60,268 nt of DNA from Candidatus Enterousia sp. (GCA_045593685.1 JAZNXD010000021.1:1-60268); one strand, 5' to 3'. Shown: positions 37,994 through 48,961, counted from the stretch's first letter. Translations and numbers: made by a program. Notes: generated by a model from the letters alone, not told the origin.

Positions 37994-38530
37994 TTATTTA
38001 CCATCCTTTATTGTTTGTAAGCATTTACGACGTGCCAAATACATGTTTAGCAAATATAAACCAACACCGACACAGATGCAAATATCCGCAACATTAAATG
38101 CAGGCCAATGCCATCCGCCGATATGAAAATCCAAAAAATCTATTACCGCACCAAAGCGAATACGATCTATTAAATTGCCCAATGCACCGCCCGCAATTAA
38201 TGCCAAAGGCACACGTTCATAGGACTGGGCACGAACAAACAGATAACGTAAGATAAACCCGATTACAAATGCGGTGGCAATAACCAATACAATCGGTGCA
38301 CCTTCGCCAATCGCACGAAACATGGAAAATGATGTACCCGGATTCCAGGTAAACACAATGTTAAAGAAATCAAAAACATGCGCCATTAAATATGGAACCG
38401 GCACAATTTCCCACGCCGCACCAGACAAAGGAATCGTGCCCGTAATCAGATACAGCAAGAACCCCTTGGTTAATTGATCTAATAAAATTGTCCCGAAAAT
38501 TATAGATAAGATTAATACAATTTTTTTCAT
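37994..38530 (-). CDS. lspA: Lipoprotein signal peptidase II
   Basis: LDQLTK, NPGTSFSM, GGALGNLIDR and FNVAD motifs. ATG 38530 (MKKIVLIL, SD GGAAGG) is preferred over the track start 38614. Confidence 0.9.
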   Translation of the reverse strand: MKKIVLILSIIFGTILLDQLTKGFLLYLITGTIPLSGAAWEIVPVPYLMAHVFDFFNIVFTWNPGTSFSMFRAIGEGAPIVLVIATAFVIGFILRYLFVRAQSYERVPLALIAGGALGNLIDRIRFGAVIDFLDFHIGGWHWPAFNVADICICVGVGLYLLNMYLARRKCLQTIKDGK

Positions 38531-38626
38531 ATGAAAGCCTTCCATGATATCAGGTTGAAATATAGCAACATATGTATCCAAAATCAAATAAAATGTCCCC
38601 AAATTTGGGGACATTGTTTTGGGTAA

Positions 38627-40330
38627 TTATTCATTGTTTGTAACCGTTGAAAGCGCCGCATAATTATTATCACGCATATCGCACAGCAGTTCATCTATCT
38701 GACGGTCGGATACGCCCATGTGATACAAAACGCCCGCCCCCAACGAAAATGATGTTTCAATCGTTTCGGGCAATGCAGACACAACGCCTTCGCGCATTAA
38801 AATTTGCGAATCCGCCAGGTTGCGCGCACGGGCAAATATCTTTATGCGGGGGGAGATTGATTTAATAGACAATACCGTTCGGCGCGCCGTATATGCATTA
38901 TCCAGCGCAACAACAACCGCACGCGCACTGCGTGGGCGCAAACCAAATTCGCGCAATACATCACGCGAAGTTGTATCGCCATAGACAACATTAAAGCCCA
39001 TTTCACGCCCCATCATGACCGAATTAACATCCATATCTATTGCGACATAGGGAATCGACCGGGCATCCAACATTTGGCATACAATCTGACCAACACGGCC
39101 AAAGCCACAGACAATTACGGCAGGTTTAATTTTGGTATCCGCTTCATCCAGGGTTTGGGGGTGACGCTGGACATACAATTTACCACGACGCTGTAACCAA
39201 TCGTGCAGGCACAGCAACAAAGGCGTTACCATAATGGATAATATAATAATCGCAGTCAAAATTTCTTCGTGTCCCGATGGCACCGCACTGATGCCAGAGG
39301 TCTTCATGGTTTGCAACATCAACAATGCAAATTCGCCACCCTGGGCCAGGATTAATGCAATCATTGTCGCGTCATACTGATTAACACCACGAACACGGGC
39401 GACCATGAAGATGGCAAAGAACTTTAATGCAACAAGAGCGACCAACCCACCCAATATCATATACCAATGCGCACCCAAAAACGGCAGGTTTAACCCCATA
39501 CCCAAAGATATAAAGAACAAGGCCAAAAATAATGTCGCATAGGGCGATATTTCCGCCGTTATTTGATGACGATATATCGTTTCAGACATCAACATACCCG
39601 CCAAAAACGCCCCCAATCCCGCGGGCAACCCCAACAAATCCATCAACACCGCCCAAATGACGATATTTAACATTATCGCCAGCAAAAACGCCTCTTTGGA
39701 TTTTAATTTGCCAATTCCCCTGAAAATAGGATTCATAACAAAGCGCCCTATTATGATAACAGATGCAATCAGCGCAATGGATGTAACCAAAACATCAATG
39801 GCGGTGGCACCCAAACTGAATGACCGACCGGCAAAAACCGGCAACATCGCCAACAATGGAATCGATAATAAATCCTGGAATAATAATATGGAAAATGTTT
39901 GACGTCCCATATCCGTATTCATTTGATTACGTTCGGTCAGGATTTGCATGTCGGCAGATGTACTGGACATTGCCAACATCAAAGACACCATTATGCAACC
40001 CATTATTGACCACTGGGTAAAACCGAACAATAATGGAAACAGCATAACCGCAACCATCATAACCTGGGCGGCACCAAATCCAAAAATCGTACGACGCATG
40101 CGCCACAGACGACGCATATTGATTTCCAAACCAATGTTAAACCATAAAAACATTATCCCCAAATCGCCCAAAAAGGTCCACGTTTCAGACAATTCAAAAA
40201 GATTAAAAACATACGGTCCCGACAATACACCCGCAAATAAAAAGGCAACCAATGCACTGATACGGGTCATGCGCAAAAAGTAAACCAGGCAAAAAGCGAC
40301 CGCAAAAAATGCCAAAAGCGATAGTGACAT
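38627..40330 (-). CDS. CPA2 monovalent cation:proton antiporter (KefB/KefC-like) with a C-terminal RCK/TrkA-N domain
   Basis: Multi-TM Na+/H+-exchanger-like core plus the Rossmann motif VIVCGFGRVGQ. Confidence 0.85.
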   Translation of the reverse strand: MSLSLLAFFAVAFCLVYFLRMTRISALVAFLFAGVLSGPYVFNLFELSETWTFLGDLGIMFLWFNIGLEINMRRLWRMRRTIFGFGAAQVMMVAVMLFPLLFGFTQWSIMGCIMVSLMLAMSSTSADMQILTERNQMNTDMGRQTFSILLFQDLLSIPLLAMLPVFAGRSFSLGATAIDVLVTSIALIASVIIIGRFVMNPIFRGIGKLKSKEAFLLAIMLNIVIWAVLMDLLGLPAGLGAFLAGMLMSETIYRHQITAEISPYATLFLALFFISLGMGLNLPFLGAHWYMILGGLVALVALKFFAIFMVARVRGVNQYDATMIALILAQGGEFALLMLQTMKTSGISAVPSGHEEILTAIIILSIMVTPLLLCLHDWLQRRGKLYVQRHPQTLDEADTKIKPAVIVCGFGRVGQIVCQMLDARSIPYVAIDMDVNSVMMGREMGFNVVYGDTTSRDVLREFGLRPRSARAVVVALDNAYTARRTVLSIKSISPRIKIFARARNLADSQILMREGVVSALPETIETSFSLGAGVLYHMGVSDRQIDELLCDMRDNNYAALSTVTNNE

Positions 40331-40364
40331 GTATTCCCTCTCCGATTAAATATTGACATGAAAA

Positions 40365-41189
40365 TTATATCAAATTTTTGGCCAACAATGCAAATGTTTC
40401 AGGCGACAAATTTTCGGCACGTTCTGTGCCCGTCAATCCAAAGCATGACCAATCCGTATTCGGAATAATGCCACGTATCATCTTGCGCCGTTGGCCAAAT
40501 AATTTGGCGGTTATTTGTTCTATTTTTGATAAATCTTGGATGTGCGAAATCTTGTCCAAATTGGGAATAATTTGCACCACGGCAGATTGAACCTTGGGAC
40601 GTGGAACAAACGCCGTGTTTGGAACGTCAAATAAAATCTTACTGTCCGCGATTAATGAAGTCAATACCGCCAACCGACCATAGTGTTCATCACCCGGACG
40701 TGCGGTAATACGCATGGCAACTTCGCGTTGAAACATCAATGTTAATGATTTTATCGGTTCGCCAGATGCAATTTTTTGCAACCAACCAACCAATAATTCC
40801 GTTCCCACATTATACGGCAAATTTGCACATATCGCATATTCTGTTAAACCAAATTCAGAAAAGTTTACACGCAATGCATCTTCATAAATGACACTTAACC
40901 GATTATCGGACGCGTCGATTATGCGCGACAAAATTGGCGCGGTTGTTTTATCTTTTTCAATCGCGATAACACGGGGCGCGCCCGCCAACAATATTGCGCG
41001 TGTAAGTCCCGCTGGACCGGGGCCAACTTCGACCACGGGAATATGTTCAACGTCGGGAACACTGCGCGCAATGCGCCCGGTCAGATTTAAATCAAATAAA
41101 AAATTTTGGCCAAATTGTTTCTTGGGTTCCAGACCACAATCACGCATCATTTCAGACACAGGTGGTAAATTTGCAATTTTATCCGTCAT
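40365..41189 (-). CDS. rsmA: 16S rRNA (adenine1518/1519-N6)-dimethyltransferase
   Basis: FGQNFL and VVEVGPGPAGLT SAM motifs, plus NLPYNV. Confidence 0.92.
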   Translation of the reverse strand: MTDKIANLPPVSEMMRDCGLEPKKQFGQNFLFDLNLTGRIARSVPDVEHIPVVEVGPGPAGLTRAILLAGAPRVIAIEKDKTTAPILSRIIDASDNRLSVIYEDALRVNFSEFGLTEYAICANLPYNVGTELLVGWLQKIASGEPIKSLTLMFQREVAMRITARPGDEHYGRLAVLTSLIADSKILFDVPNTAFVPRPKVQSAVVQIIPNLDKISHIQDLSKIEQITAKLFGQRRKMIRGIIPNTDWSCFGLTGTERAENLSPETFALLAKNLI

Positions 41190-41785
41190 AATGATTTGCG
41201 CCCCCCAAATGCCAATGTCAGTGTACCATCGTCAATATAATCTAAATCACCACCCAGTGGCACACCAGATGCCAATTCGGTAAATGCAACACCCGGAATA
41301 TCACCAATGGCAGATACAATATAATGCTGGGTCGTTTTGCCTTCGACCGTGTTGGGTAACGCAAAAATAATTTCTGTGATTTTTTCATTCGCGATACGTG
41401 CAGGCAGATTTGCAATATTTAAATCCTGGGGTAAAACGCCGGACGCCCCCGACAGCAGGCCACCGATAATATGATAACGCCCATGAAATACAGATGATTT
41501 TTCCAGTGTCCAAACATCGGACAGATCACGAACAATACACAAGCCACCATTGGCACGCGACGTGTCACGACAATATTCACACAGCCCCGCACCACAATCG
41601 GTCAACACCCCACAATTTGGGCACGGCGCGATATTTTCCATTGCGTCCATAATTGCCGATGCCAACGCATGTCCACGCCCGGTTTTATCCTGTAATAATG
41701 CCAGGGCTATACGCTGGCCCCCGCGATTGCCAACACGTGGCAGGCGCGCAAATAACTTAATCAACTTTTCTATTTTTGGATTCAT
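41186..41785 (-). CDS. recR: Recombination protein RecR
   Basis: LPRVG helix-hairpin-helix, a C4 zinc finger (CPNCG..CEYC) and a Toprim domain. ATG 41785 avoids overlap with the upstream gene. Confidence 0.9.
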   Translation of the reverse strand: MNPKIEKLIKLFARLPRVGNRGGQRIALALLQDKTGRGHALASAIMDAMENIAPCPNCGVLTDCGAGLCEYCRDTSRANGGLCIVRDLSDVWTLEKSSVFHGRYHIIGGLLSGASGVLPQDLNIANLPARIANEKITEIIFALPNTVEGKTTQHYIVSAIGDIPGVAFTELASGVPLGGDLDYIDDGTLTLAFGGRKSL

Positions 41786-41801
41786 ATCAGGACATAAAAT
41801 A

Positions 41802-42992
41802 CTAATGAAAAACGTAACTGTCAATACCGTTTGCAGCGGCGGCAGATTTTAATTTTTGCGCATCGGATTCCGTTAACCCGTAAACACGAACACGATACAG
41901 GCCCGCGCCTGTGGGTTCAACAACCGCGTTGACCCCCAGCGCATTTTTCACATTTGCAACCTGGGTGTTGGCCGATGTGGTGGATGAAAAAGCACCGAAC
42001 TGAACACCCGTGCCCCCACGTGTCGATGAGGCAACGGCGCCGCCGGTATATTTTGGCATAGCGTTTGTTGTCGCCGTATTATAGGCGGACGCAAATGTTG
42101 ACGGCGCATGGGTGGCAACAGGTTGTGGCGCAGATGGCACAGGCGCGGATTCTGTTGCAATAGGTGGCACGTATGTATTTTTTGATACAGGTTGGGTATT
42201 ATTGGCCAACATGGAAAAACCACGGTTCAGCATTTGGGCCGCGACATTGGCACGCACGTCTTTGTTTTCCGCCCCCAGCACCACCGACATCAAATGCCTG
42301 TCGCCGCGATGCGCCGTGGCAACCAATGAATATTTTGATTTTTTTGTATACCCGGTCTTCATCCCATCGCAGCCATTAAAAGACGACAGCAAACGATTGC
42401 CATTGGTATACGTTTTACCGTTGTACGTCCAGGATTTAATACCAAAAAAATGCCAATACTGGGGGAAATGTTTATAAACCGCCATAGACAGCAAAGCAAT
42501 ATCACGCGCAGTCGACAGATGATCGTCATTGGGCAGGCCCGATGAATTTTCAAAATTTGTATTCGTAAGCCCTATTTCGCGCGCGACACGTGTCATTAAA
42601 TCGGCAAATGATTCTTCCTGGCCGCCCTTTAAATTTTCGGCCAACACGCGCGCAACGTCATTTGCACTGTATACGGCAAGGGCCTTAATCGCATCTTCGA
42701 CCCGGATTTTTGAACCGGCCGCCAACCCCAACTTTACAGGTTCGGCATTTGCCGCAGACTGTGACACAATCAAATAATCATCCAACGATAGGCGACCATG
42801 TTCCAACGCATCAAAAGTTAAATAAAGTGTCATTATTTTCGTCAAACTGGCCGGGTAATTGGGGGCTGTGGCGTTTTCTTGGTACAAGACACGACCGGTA
42901 TCCATATCCGCAACCAGGGCGGCACGATACTGCGCACCATAGGCCGGCAGACACAATATGAACGCAAAAAAAAGTGGGAACATTCTTCTCAT
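41802..42992 (-). CDS. D-alanyl-D-alanine carboxypeptidase (PBP5/6, S11) with a C-terminal SPOR domain
   Basis: SLTK (SxxK), SGL/SxN and KTGYT motifs. The last ~70 aa read VQFGAFSS..GLYRVRVYGL..A..L (SPOR-like). Confidence 0.85.
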   Translation of the reverse strand: MRRMFPLFFAFILCLPAYGAQYRAALVADMDTGRVLYQENATAPNYPASLTKIMTLYLTFDALEHGRLSLDDYLIVSQSAANAEPVKLGLAAGSKIRVEDAIKALAVYSANDVARVLAENLKGGQEESFADLMTRVAREIGLTNTNFENSSGLPNDDHLSTARDIALLSMAVYKHFPQYWHFFGIKSWTYNGKTYTNGNRLLSSFNGCDGMKTGYTKKSKYSLVATAHRGDRHLMSVVLGAENKDVRANVAAQMLNRGFSMLANNTQPVSKNTYVPPIATESAPVPSAPQPVATHAPSTFASAYNTATTNAMPKYTGGAVASSTRGGTGVQFGAFSSTTSANTQVANVKNALGVNAVVEPTGAGLYRVRVYGLTESDAQKLKSAAAANGIDSYVFH

Positions 42993-43034
42993 GCGTATAA
43001 TGTTAGTAAAAAAATTGCATGTGGGTCAATAATT

Positions 43035-43059
43035 AAAAAACGCCCAAACGGGCGTTTTT
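43035..43059 (-). terminator. Intrinsic terminator after pyk
   Basis: CGCCC-AAAC-GGGCG stem flanked by A6/T5. Confidence 0.65.
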
Positions 43060-43068
43060 AGGATTTTT

Positions 43069-44439
43069 TTAATCCAATGTTCGTAAACTGATTTTGTCTT
43101 CGTCCACAATAACCAGTTTGCCCATATTTATATTGAAACGACGCGCCGAATTAAACGCATCACGCATTCCGAACAATTCGTTGTCATAAATCGGGAATAC
43201 ACCACGTGCCAGGCACAACTGGTTCGCAATTACCGATTCATTACATACCGCTATGACCGGAATATCTGGTTTGCGGCATGAAATTTCAGTGGCCGTGATG
43301 GTATCGCGCGCAAAGACAACAATCGCAGACGCGCGGTTCAAATATGCCATTGATGCAACAGAACGCGACCAATCGTTTTCCGGAATATTTTCAACACGCG
43401 ACCAATCATACGGATTGGCAATCGCATCACAGTCCGCGTTGGACAAAATATTCGACATAGTTTCAATAACATTAACCGGATTCATGCCGATTGTTGTTTC
43501 TTCGGAGGTCATGGTAGAATCTGCACGCAAATACGCAGCGTTTGCAACGTCGGTAATTTCGGCACGCGTTGGGAATTCGCTGTTAACCATCGAACCCAAC
43601 ATTTGTGTTGCAACAATCACAGGCTTGTTCATTTTGCGACATTCGCGAATAATATGACGGGAAATCGCCGGAACTTCGGCATATGGCACTTCGACCGCCA
43701 GATCACCACGCGCAATCATAATGCCGTCGGCAATGGATGCAATTTCTGTGATACGGGATACCGCATTTGGACGTTCTATTTTCGCGATAATTTTGATTGG
43801 ATACGATGTGCGCGCCGTGATAAAATCGCGAACTTCGGCAACATCTTCGGGTTTTTGCACAAAAGATATCGCAATCCAATCAGGTTTTTTGGTTATCGCA
43901 TATTCTAGATCCGCAAGATCCTTGGCCGTCAAAACAGATGTTGCGATTTCGGTATCCGGCAAATTAAATCCGCGACGCGACCAAATTTCGGTACCACGAA
44001 CAACCGTTGCATCAACCCGATCAGCGGATGCAAAATCAACGGTCATTTCGATTTTACCATCGTTTAACAGAATTCGGTCGCCAATTTTCAAGGATGCCAA
44101 AACATCACCATCCGGCAACTGAACACGCGTACTGTTGCCCGGTGTTGGGTCGGTATCAAACGTAAACTTTTGACCGATTGTCAGCGGATATTTGTCTTCT
44201 GTTTCAAAATTTCCAATACGATGCTTGGGCCCCTGCAGGTCAATCATAACCGCAACGGGCGTATTTAATTCATGCGAAATTTCACGTATCATATCAATTT
44301 TACGTCCCTGGACATCACCGGTATCGTGACTAAAATTCAAACGGCACATGTTAACGCCCGCAGAAATCATACGGGTTAATGTTTCACGATCTTCGCACTT
44401 TGGTCCAATAGACGCAGTAATTTTTGTATATCTGTTCAT
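43069..44439 (-). CDS. pyk: Pyruvate kinase
   Basis: KI.ASIGP, MCRLNFSH and IMIARGDLAVE motifs. 456 aa. Confidence 0.92.
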   Translation of the reverse strand: MNRYTKITASIGPKCEDRETLTRMISAGVNMCRLNFSHDTGDVQGRKIDMIREISHELNTPVAVMIDLQGPKHRIGNFETEDKYPLTIGQKFTFDTDPTPGNSTRVQLPDGDVLASLKIGDRILLNDGKIEMTVDFASADRVDATVVRGTEIWSRRGFNLPDTEIATSVLTAKDLADLEYAITKKPDWIAISFVQKPEDVAEVRDFITARTSYPIKIIAKIERPNAVSRITEIASIADGIMIARGDLAVEVPYAEVPAISRHIIRECRKMNKPVIVATQMLGSMVNSEFPTRAEITDVANAAYLRADSTMTSEETTIGMNPVNVIETMSNILSNADCDAIANPYDWSRVENIPENDWSRSVASMAYLNRASAIVVFARDTITATEISCRKPDIPVIAVCNESVIANQLCLARGVFPIYDNELFGMRDAFNSARRFNINMGKLVIVDEDKISLRTLD

Positions 44440-44532
44440 ATTATTATCCTGATGTATTAAAATTTGTTTTCTTGATTTTTACGAATTATGATATATCATA
44501 AGTTTTAGAAATAAACAAGGGGAAAACAGAAA

Positions 44533-44781
44533 ATGAAACAGGCAAATCACGGTGCAATCGATAACCAACAGTTGGTTAGCATTATTGAAAGAATTGAAAA
44601 ACTGAACGAAGATACGGCCGCAATCGCCGCGGATATCAAAGAAATTTATTCCGAAGCCAAGTCCGCAGGATTCGACCCAAAATATATTCGTCAGATGATA
44701 CGTCTGCGTAAACTGGACCCAGATGAATTGGACGAAGCAGATGAATTAACCCAGATGTATCGCAACGCTTTGGGGATATAA
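44533..44781 (+). CDS. gapR: GapR-like nucleoid-associated protein (DUF2312)
   Basis: IERIEKLNEDTAAIAADIKEIYSEAKSAGFDPKYIRQMIRLRK matches the alphaproteobacterial GapR pattern. Confidence 0.85.
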   Translation: MKQANHGAIDNQQLVSIIERIEKLNEDTAAIAADIKEIYSEAKSAGFDPKYIRQMIRLRKLDPDELDEADELTQMYRNALGI

Positions 44782-45095
44782 TGAAGGGCTTTACAAAAAC
44801 AGTCGAAGATTTTAACTGCGCCCATTGTGGCGCAGTTGTTCATGGCAACGGATACACAAATCATTGTCCAAAATGTTTGTGGTCACGACATGTGGATAAC
44901 AATCCGGGCGATCGCGCGGCGACATGTGGCGGTATGATGCGCCCCGTGTCCGTCATGCCCGACGGCGCACGATTTGTCATAACACACAAATGTGAAATTT
45001 GCGGCAAAGAAAAAAGACAAAGAACAGCAGACGAAGACGATATAAATACAATTATCGAAATATCAAAAAACGATGATTTTATATTTGGAAAATAA
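44781..45095 (+). CDS. RNHCP domain protein (Zn-ribbon-like)
   Basis: CAHCG...GYTNHCPKCLWSRHVD..PGDR..CGG.M.P signature. The start overlaps the gapR stop (TAATG). Confidence 0.75.
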   Translation: MKGFTKTVEDFNCAHCGAVVHGNGYTNHCPKCLWSRHVDNNPGDRAATCGGMMRPVSVMPDGARFVITHKCEICGKEKRQRTADEDDINTIIEISKNDDFIFGK

Positions 45096-45120
45096 AAATC
45101 CCCGAATTGGGGATTTTCTT
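45096..45120. terminator. Bidirectional terminator between the RNHCP and MerR genes
   Basis: ATCCCC-GAATT-GGGGAT stem flanked by A- and T-runs. Confidence 0.65.
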
Positions 45121-45502
45121 ATTGTAATATGTCACGCGCACTTTCCAATAAAGTTATCGCCATATCTATTTCATGATTTGATACGGGCGACACAGATGCC
45201 GATGACATTGGCGCAGACACAGTTGGCGCGGGCATAATCTGATCGGGCGCGGCGGGCAAATTACCATCGCGCAATAATTTTTTCACCCCCGCAATCGTCA
45301 TGCCATGCGTGTACAACAAATCACGAATAACAATTAATTTTTGTACCGTTTCGGTCCGATAATACCGACGCCCACCGGCACCGGTTGTGGGACGGATTGC
45401 AACCGGGAACTGCTTTTCCCAATAACGCAGGGTATGTGCCGGCACGGAAAGCCGTTTTGAAACTTCGTTTATTGATGCAAAGTATTCATTTGTGTTTTCC
45501 AT
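45119..45502 (-). CDS. MerR family transcriptional regulator
   Basis: HTH reading INEVSKRLSVPAHTLRYWEKQF....RRYY. Confidence 0.85.
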   Translation of the reverse strand: MENTNEYFASINEVSKRLSVPAHTLRYWEKQFPVAIRPTTGAGGRRYYRTETVQKLIVIRDLLYTHGMTIAGVKKLLRDGNLPAAPDQIMPAPTVSAPMSSASVSPVSNHEIDMAITLLESARDILQ

Positions 45503-45514
45503 GCATGCGCCCCA

Positions 45515-48238
45515 TTATTCTGATATGTTTTCTTCTGTTGTCTCGTCCTCACCTGCGCCTTCGATTGAAATGGCGGATACAACCTTTTCATTGTCGGCCG
45601 TGCGGAACAAGGTAACGCCCGCCGTACTGCGGCCCGCGATACGAACATCTGCGACCGGTGTGCGAATAATCTTGCCACCATTGGTTACCATGATAATATC
45701 GTGGTCGTCGGCAACCGGGAAGGAACCCGCAACGGCCGTATTTTTACCCCCCAATTTAATGTTTGCAAAACCACCACCACCACGATGGGTCAGACGATAT
45801 TCATACGAACTGGTACGTTTACCGAAGCCGTTTTCAGAAATGGTCAAAATAAATTCTTCGCGTTCCGCCATTTGGGCCATTTTGGCATCATCCAAAACGA
45901 TTGTTGTTTCTTCTTCGTCCGAATCCGCCTCTTCTTCGACACCCGTTTCGGCGCGACGTGCGGCACGTGACTGTTTGATGTATGCCGCGCGTACCGCAGA
46001 ATCAGATTCACCACGGTTTAACATCGCCATGCCAATTATCTTGTCGTCTTTGCCCAATGTAATTCCGCGAACACCGGTCGAATTACGTCCAGCGAACACA
46101 CGAATTTCCGGCACCGGGAATCGTATTGCGCGACCACGATATGTCGCCAAGAAAACATCTTGGTCTTCGTTACATGGCAGAACAGAAATCAAACTGTCAC
46201 CGTCATCCAACTTCATTGCGATTTTACCGTTTGCACGGATTGAATCAAAGTCACTCATACGATTGCGACGAACCGTGCCCGATGCGGTTGCAAACATCAA
46301 GAAGTGTTCTTTGCCGGATTCTGCGACGCGCGCAACATCTTCTTCGGGAACAGGTAATATTGCGGTAATCGTTTCACCATTTTCCAACGGCAACAGATTT
46401 ACCAACGGACGCCCCTTGGCCGCGGCGGCCGCTTCGGGTAATTTATATGTTTTTAATTTATAACACAAACCACGCGAACTGAAGAACAACAATGGGGTAT
46501 GCGTATTTGCAACAAATACCTGGACCACATAGTCGTCATCCTTGGTCGCCATTGCATTGCGGCCCTTGCCACCACGTTTTTGTGCACGATATGTATCCAG
46601 CGCAACACGTTTTATATAGCCCGTATTAGACACAGTAATAACCATGTCTTCGCGCGCAATCAAATCTTCGATATCGATATCAATTTCCGCATCTGAAATT
46701 TCTGTACGACGGGGGGATGCCCAATTATCACGAACTGCTGTGGTTTCTTCGCGAATTATTTGGATGATTCTTTCGTGACTGCCCAAAATTTCCAACAGGT
46801 CACGAATCGTCGCACCCAGGGTTGTTAAATCATTGTGGATTTTATCGCGTTCCAAGCCGGTCAGACGATGTAACTGTAATTCCAAAATTGCACGTGCCTG
46901 GTCTTCGGACATATAGAACATGCCATCTTTGTATTCCGTATTCGGATCATCAATTAATTGAATATATGATTCAATATCAGATGCACGCCATCCGCGTGAA
47001 ATCAATGCTTCGCGGGCCGTGTCTGGGTTCGGACTGGATTTAATCAATTCGATTACTTCATCCAAATTTCCAACCGCAACGGACAACCCCAACAAGGTAT
47101 GCGCACGATTGCGCGCACGATTTAAATCAAAGATTGTGCGACGACGAATTACTTCGGCACGAAATTCGATAAACGCATCCAAAACGCCACGAATATTGAA
47201 CAACATTGGACGCCCACGATTCAATGCCATCATGTTTACCGGGAAACTGGTCTGCATTTCCGTGTATTGAAACAGGTGATTTAACACAACGTCCGCAATC
47301 GCATCGCGTTTTAATTCGATAACTATGCGCAAACCTTCCTTGGACGATTCATCGCGAATTTCGGAAATACCTTCGATTCGTTTATCCTTAATCAATTCGG
47401 CGATTTTAATAATTAACTGCGCCTTGTTAACCTGGTATGGGATTTCATCGACAATGATTGCCGTATGATCACGAAAATCTTCGGTATGTGTTTTTGAACG
47501 AACGATTATAGAACCGCGTCCGGTTGTATGCGCCTTGTACGCGCCGGCATGCCCCATAATCATCGCACCCGTCGGAAAGTCGGGTCCGGGTATAATCGTA
47601 AACAATTCATCGTCGGACAAATCACGATTATCCAAAATCGCCAATATCCCATTACATACTTCGCCCAGATTGTATGTTGGCACGTTTGTTGCCATACCAA
47701 CCGCAATACCCGAACCACCGTTTACCAAGAAGTTTGGAAATTTGGTCGGCAACACAACCGGTTCTTGCAAACTGCCATCAAAGTTTGGCATCCAATCGAC
47801 GGTGTCTTTGTCCATATCGTCCATCAAGGACGCACCCAATTTGGACAGGCGCGCTTCGGTGTAACGCATGGCCGCAGCCTTGTCCCCGTCGCGGGAACCA
47901 AAGTTACCCTGGCCCTGGACCAACATTTCACCCATGGAAAAATCCTGGCCCATGCGGACCATGGCTTCGTAAATAGAACTGTCGCCGTGGGGGTGATATT
48001 TACCCATAACATCACCGACGATACGCGCAGACTTTACAGTTGGCTTGGTCGCAGGTGCAACATCGTTCATAACATATAAAATTCGACGATGCACAGGTTT
48101 GCACCCATCACGAACATCAGGCAACGCACGATCAACAATAACCGACATTGCGTAATCCAGGAAACTGGTCCGCATTTCATGTTCCAACGATGATGTTGGA
48201 ACCCGTACTTCATTTACTTCATTGATATTTTCTGACAT
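45515..48238 (-). CDS. gyrA: DNA gyrase subunit A
   Basis: Active-site AAMRYTE, a QRDR-like [12 protein letters not shown], and C-terminal beta-pinwheel repeats. ATG 48238 (SD AGGAAAGG) is preferred over 48298. Confidence 0.96.
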   Translation of the reverse strand: MSENINEVNEVRVPTSSLEHEMRTSFLDYAMSVIVDRALPDVRDGCKPVHRRILYVMNDVAPATKPTVKSARIVGDVMGKYHPHGDSSIYEAMVRMGQDFSMGEMLVQGQGNFGSRDGDKAAAMRYTEARLSKLGASLMDDMDKDTVDWMPNFDGSLQEPVVLPTKFPNFLVNGGSGIAVGMATNVPTYNLGEVCNGILAILDNRDLSDDELFTIIPGPDFPTGAMIMGHAGAYKAHTTGRGSIIVRSKTHTEDFRDHTAIIVDEIPYQVNKAQLIIKIAELIKDKRIEGISEIRDESSKEGLRIVIELKRDAIADVVLNHLFQYTEMQTSFPVNMMALNRGRPMLFNIRGVLDAFIEFRAEVIRRRTIFDLNRARNRAHTLLGLSVAVGNLDEVIELIKSSPNPDTAREALISRGWRASDIESYIQLIDDPNTEYKDGMFYMSEDQARAILELQLHRLTGLERDKIHNDLTTLGATIRDLLEILGSHERIIQIIREETTAVRDNWASPRRTEISDAEIDIDIEDLIAREDMVITVSNTGYIKRVALDTYRAQKRGGKGRNAMATKDDDYVVQVFVANTHTPLLFFSSRGLCYKLKTYKLPEAAAAAKGRPLVNLLPLENGETITAILPVPEEDVARVAESGKEHFLMFATASGTVRRNRMSDFDSIRANGKIAMKLDDGDSLISVLPCNEDQDVFLATYRGRAIRFPVPEIRVFAGRNSTGVRGITLGKDDKIIGMAMLNRGESDSAVRAAYIKQSRAARRAETGVEEEADSDEEETTIVLDDAKMAQMAEREEFILTISENGFGKRTSSYEYRLTHRGGGGFANIKLGGKNTAVAGSFPVADDHDIIMVTNGGKIIRTPVADVRIAGRSTAGVTLFRTADNEKVVSAISIEGAGEDETTEENISE

Positions 48239-48351
48239 ACTGCCTTTCCTATTGTTTTTAACATACAAAACATAGCAGATTTTTGGGCTTTTGGTCAAGA
48301 AATAAAGCCCAAAAAATCATTTGACAAAAAACATATTAAGGGTACAATAAT

Positions 48352-48561
48352 ATGAGCAATAAAAAAGATGAAAATATGAGTCAAATTAAGCAAGCGTTAA
48401 CAGAAGCCAAGGAAATCACAGACGAATTTCAAAATACACACAGCGACGATTGTTTTGCAAGGGCACATTATTCATGTCAGTCGTGGATACTGGGCAAGAT
48501 GATTCGGATAACAGATACATTGACCCGCGCACGTCGCGACACACAGAACAAACAAAAATAA
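48352..48561 (+). CDS. Hypothetical 69-aa protein
   Basis: ORF with an AAGGG SD. No recognisable motif. Confidence 0.35.
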   Translation: MSNKKDENMSQIKQALTEAKEITDEFQNTHSDDCFARAHYSCQSWILGKMIRITDTLTRARRDTQNKQK

Positions 48562-48807
48562 GGAATTAGTAAAAATGTTTTTACCATTTTATAAACTGTT
48601 TGCCGCAATGTTCACATATTATTTGATTTTGGAAGGCCTGAAAAAAACAGGTTTAATAAAATCAAAATAATTTGAATAAAATAGTTGCGTTTTTATAAAT
48701 CCTGTGATTAAATAGACGCACAAACGGATTTTTCCCAGGGTGCGTATGATGCTGCTCGGGCACAGATGGGAACAAAAAAGAAAAAAGAAAAACAAGGGAA
48801 TTAAGTC

Positions 48808-48960
48808 ATGGCAACAAAACGTACATATCAGCCTTCTAAGACGCGCCGTATTCGTACACACGGTTTTCGTGCACGTATGGAGACCAAGGGTGGACGCGAA
48901 GTATTGAATCGTCGTCGCGCGGCGGGCCGTAAAAGAATTGCGGTATCGGCAGTTAGATAA
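48808..48960 (+). CDS. rpmH: 50S ribosomal protein L34
   Basis: Hand-translated [50 protein letters not shown]. Below the track cutoff. Confidence 0.9.
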   Translation: MATKRTYQPSKTRRIRTHGFRARMETKGGREVLNRRRAAGRKRIAVSAVR

Positions 48961-48961
48961 T

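Noticed and set aside
45492-46463. 323-aa plus-strand ORF
   Set aside because: It lies entirely antisense to gyrA. Its low-complexity S/P/A/R-rich translation is a typical shadow frame.
48562-48807. Possible replication origin upstream of rpmH (the classic dnaA-rpmH neighbourhood)
   Set aside because: There is no dnaA gene here and only degenerate box-like strings (for example TGTGATTAA). Alphaproteobacterial origins are usually elsewhere (the hemE region).
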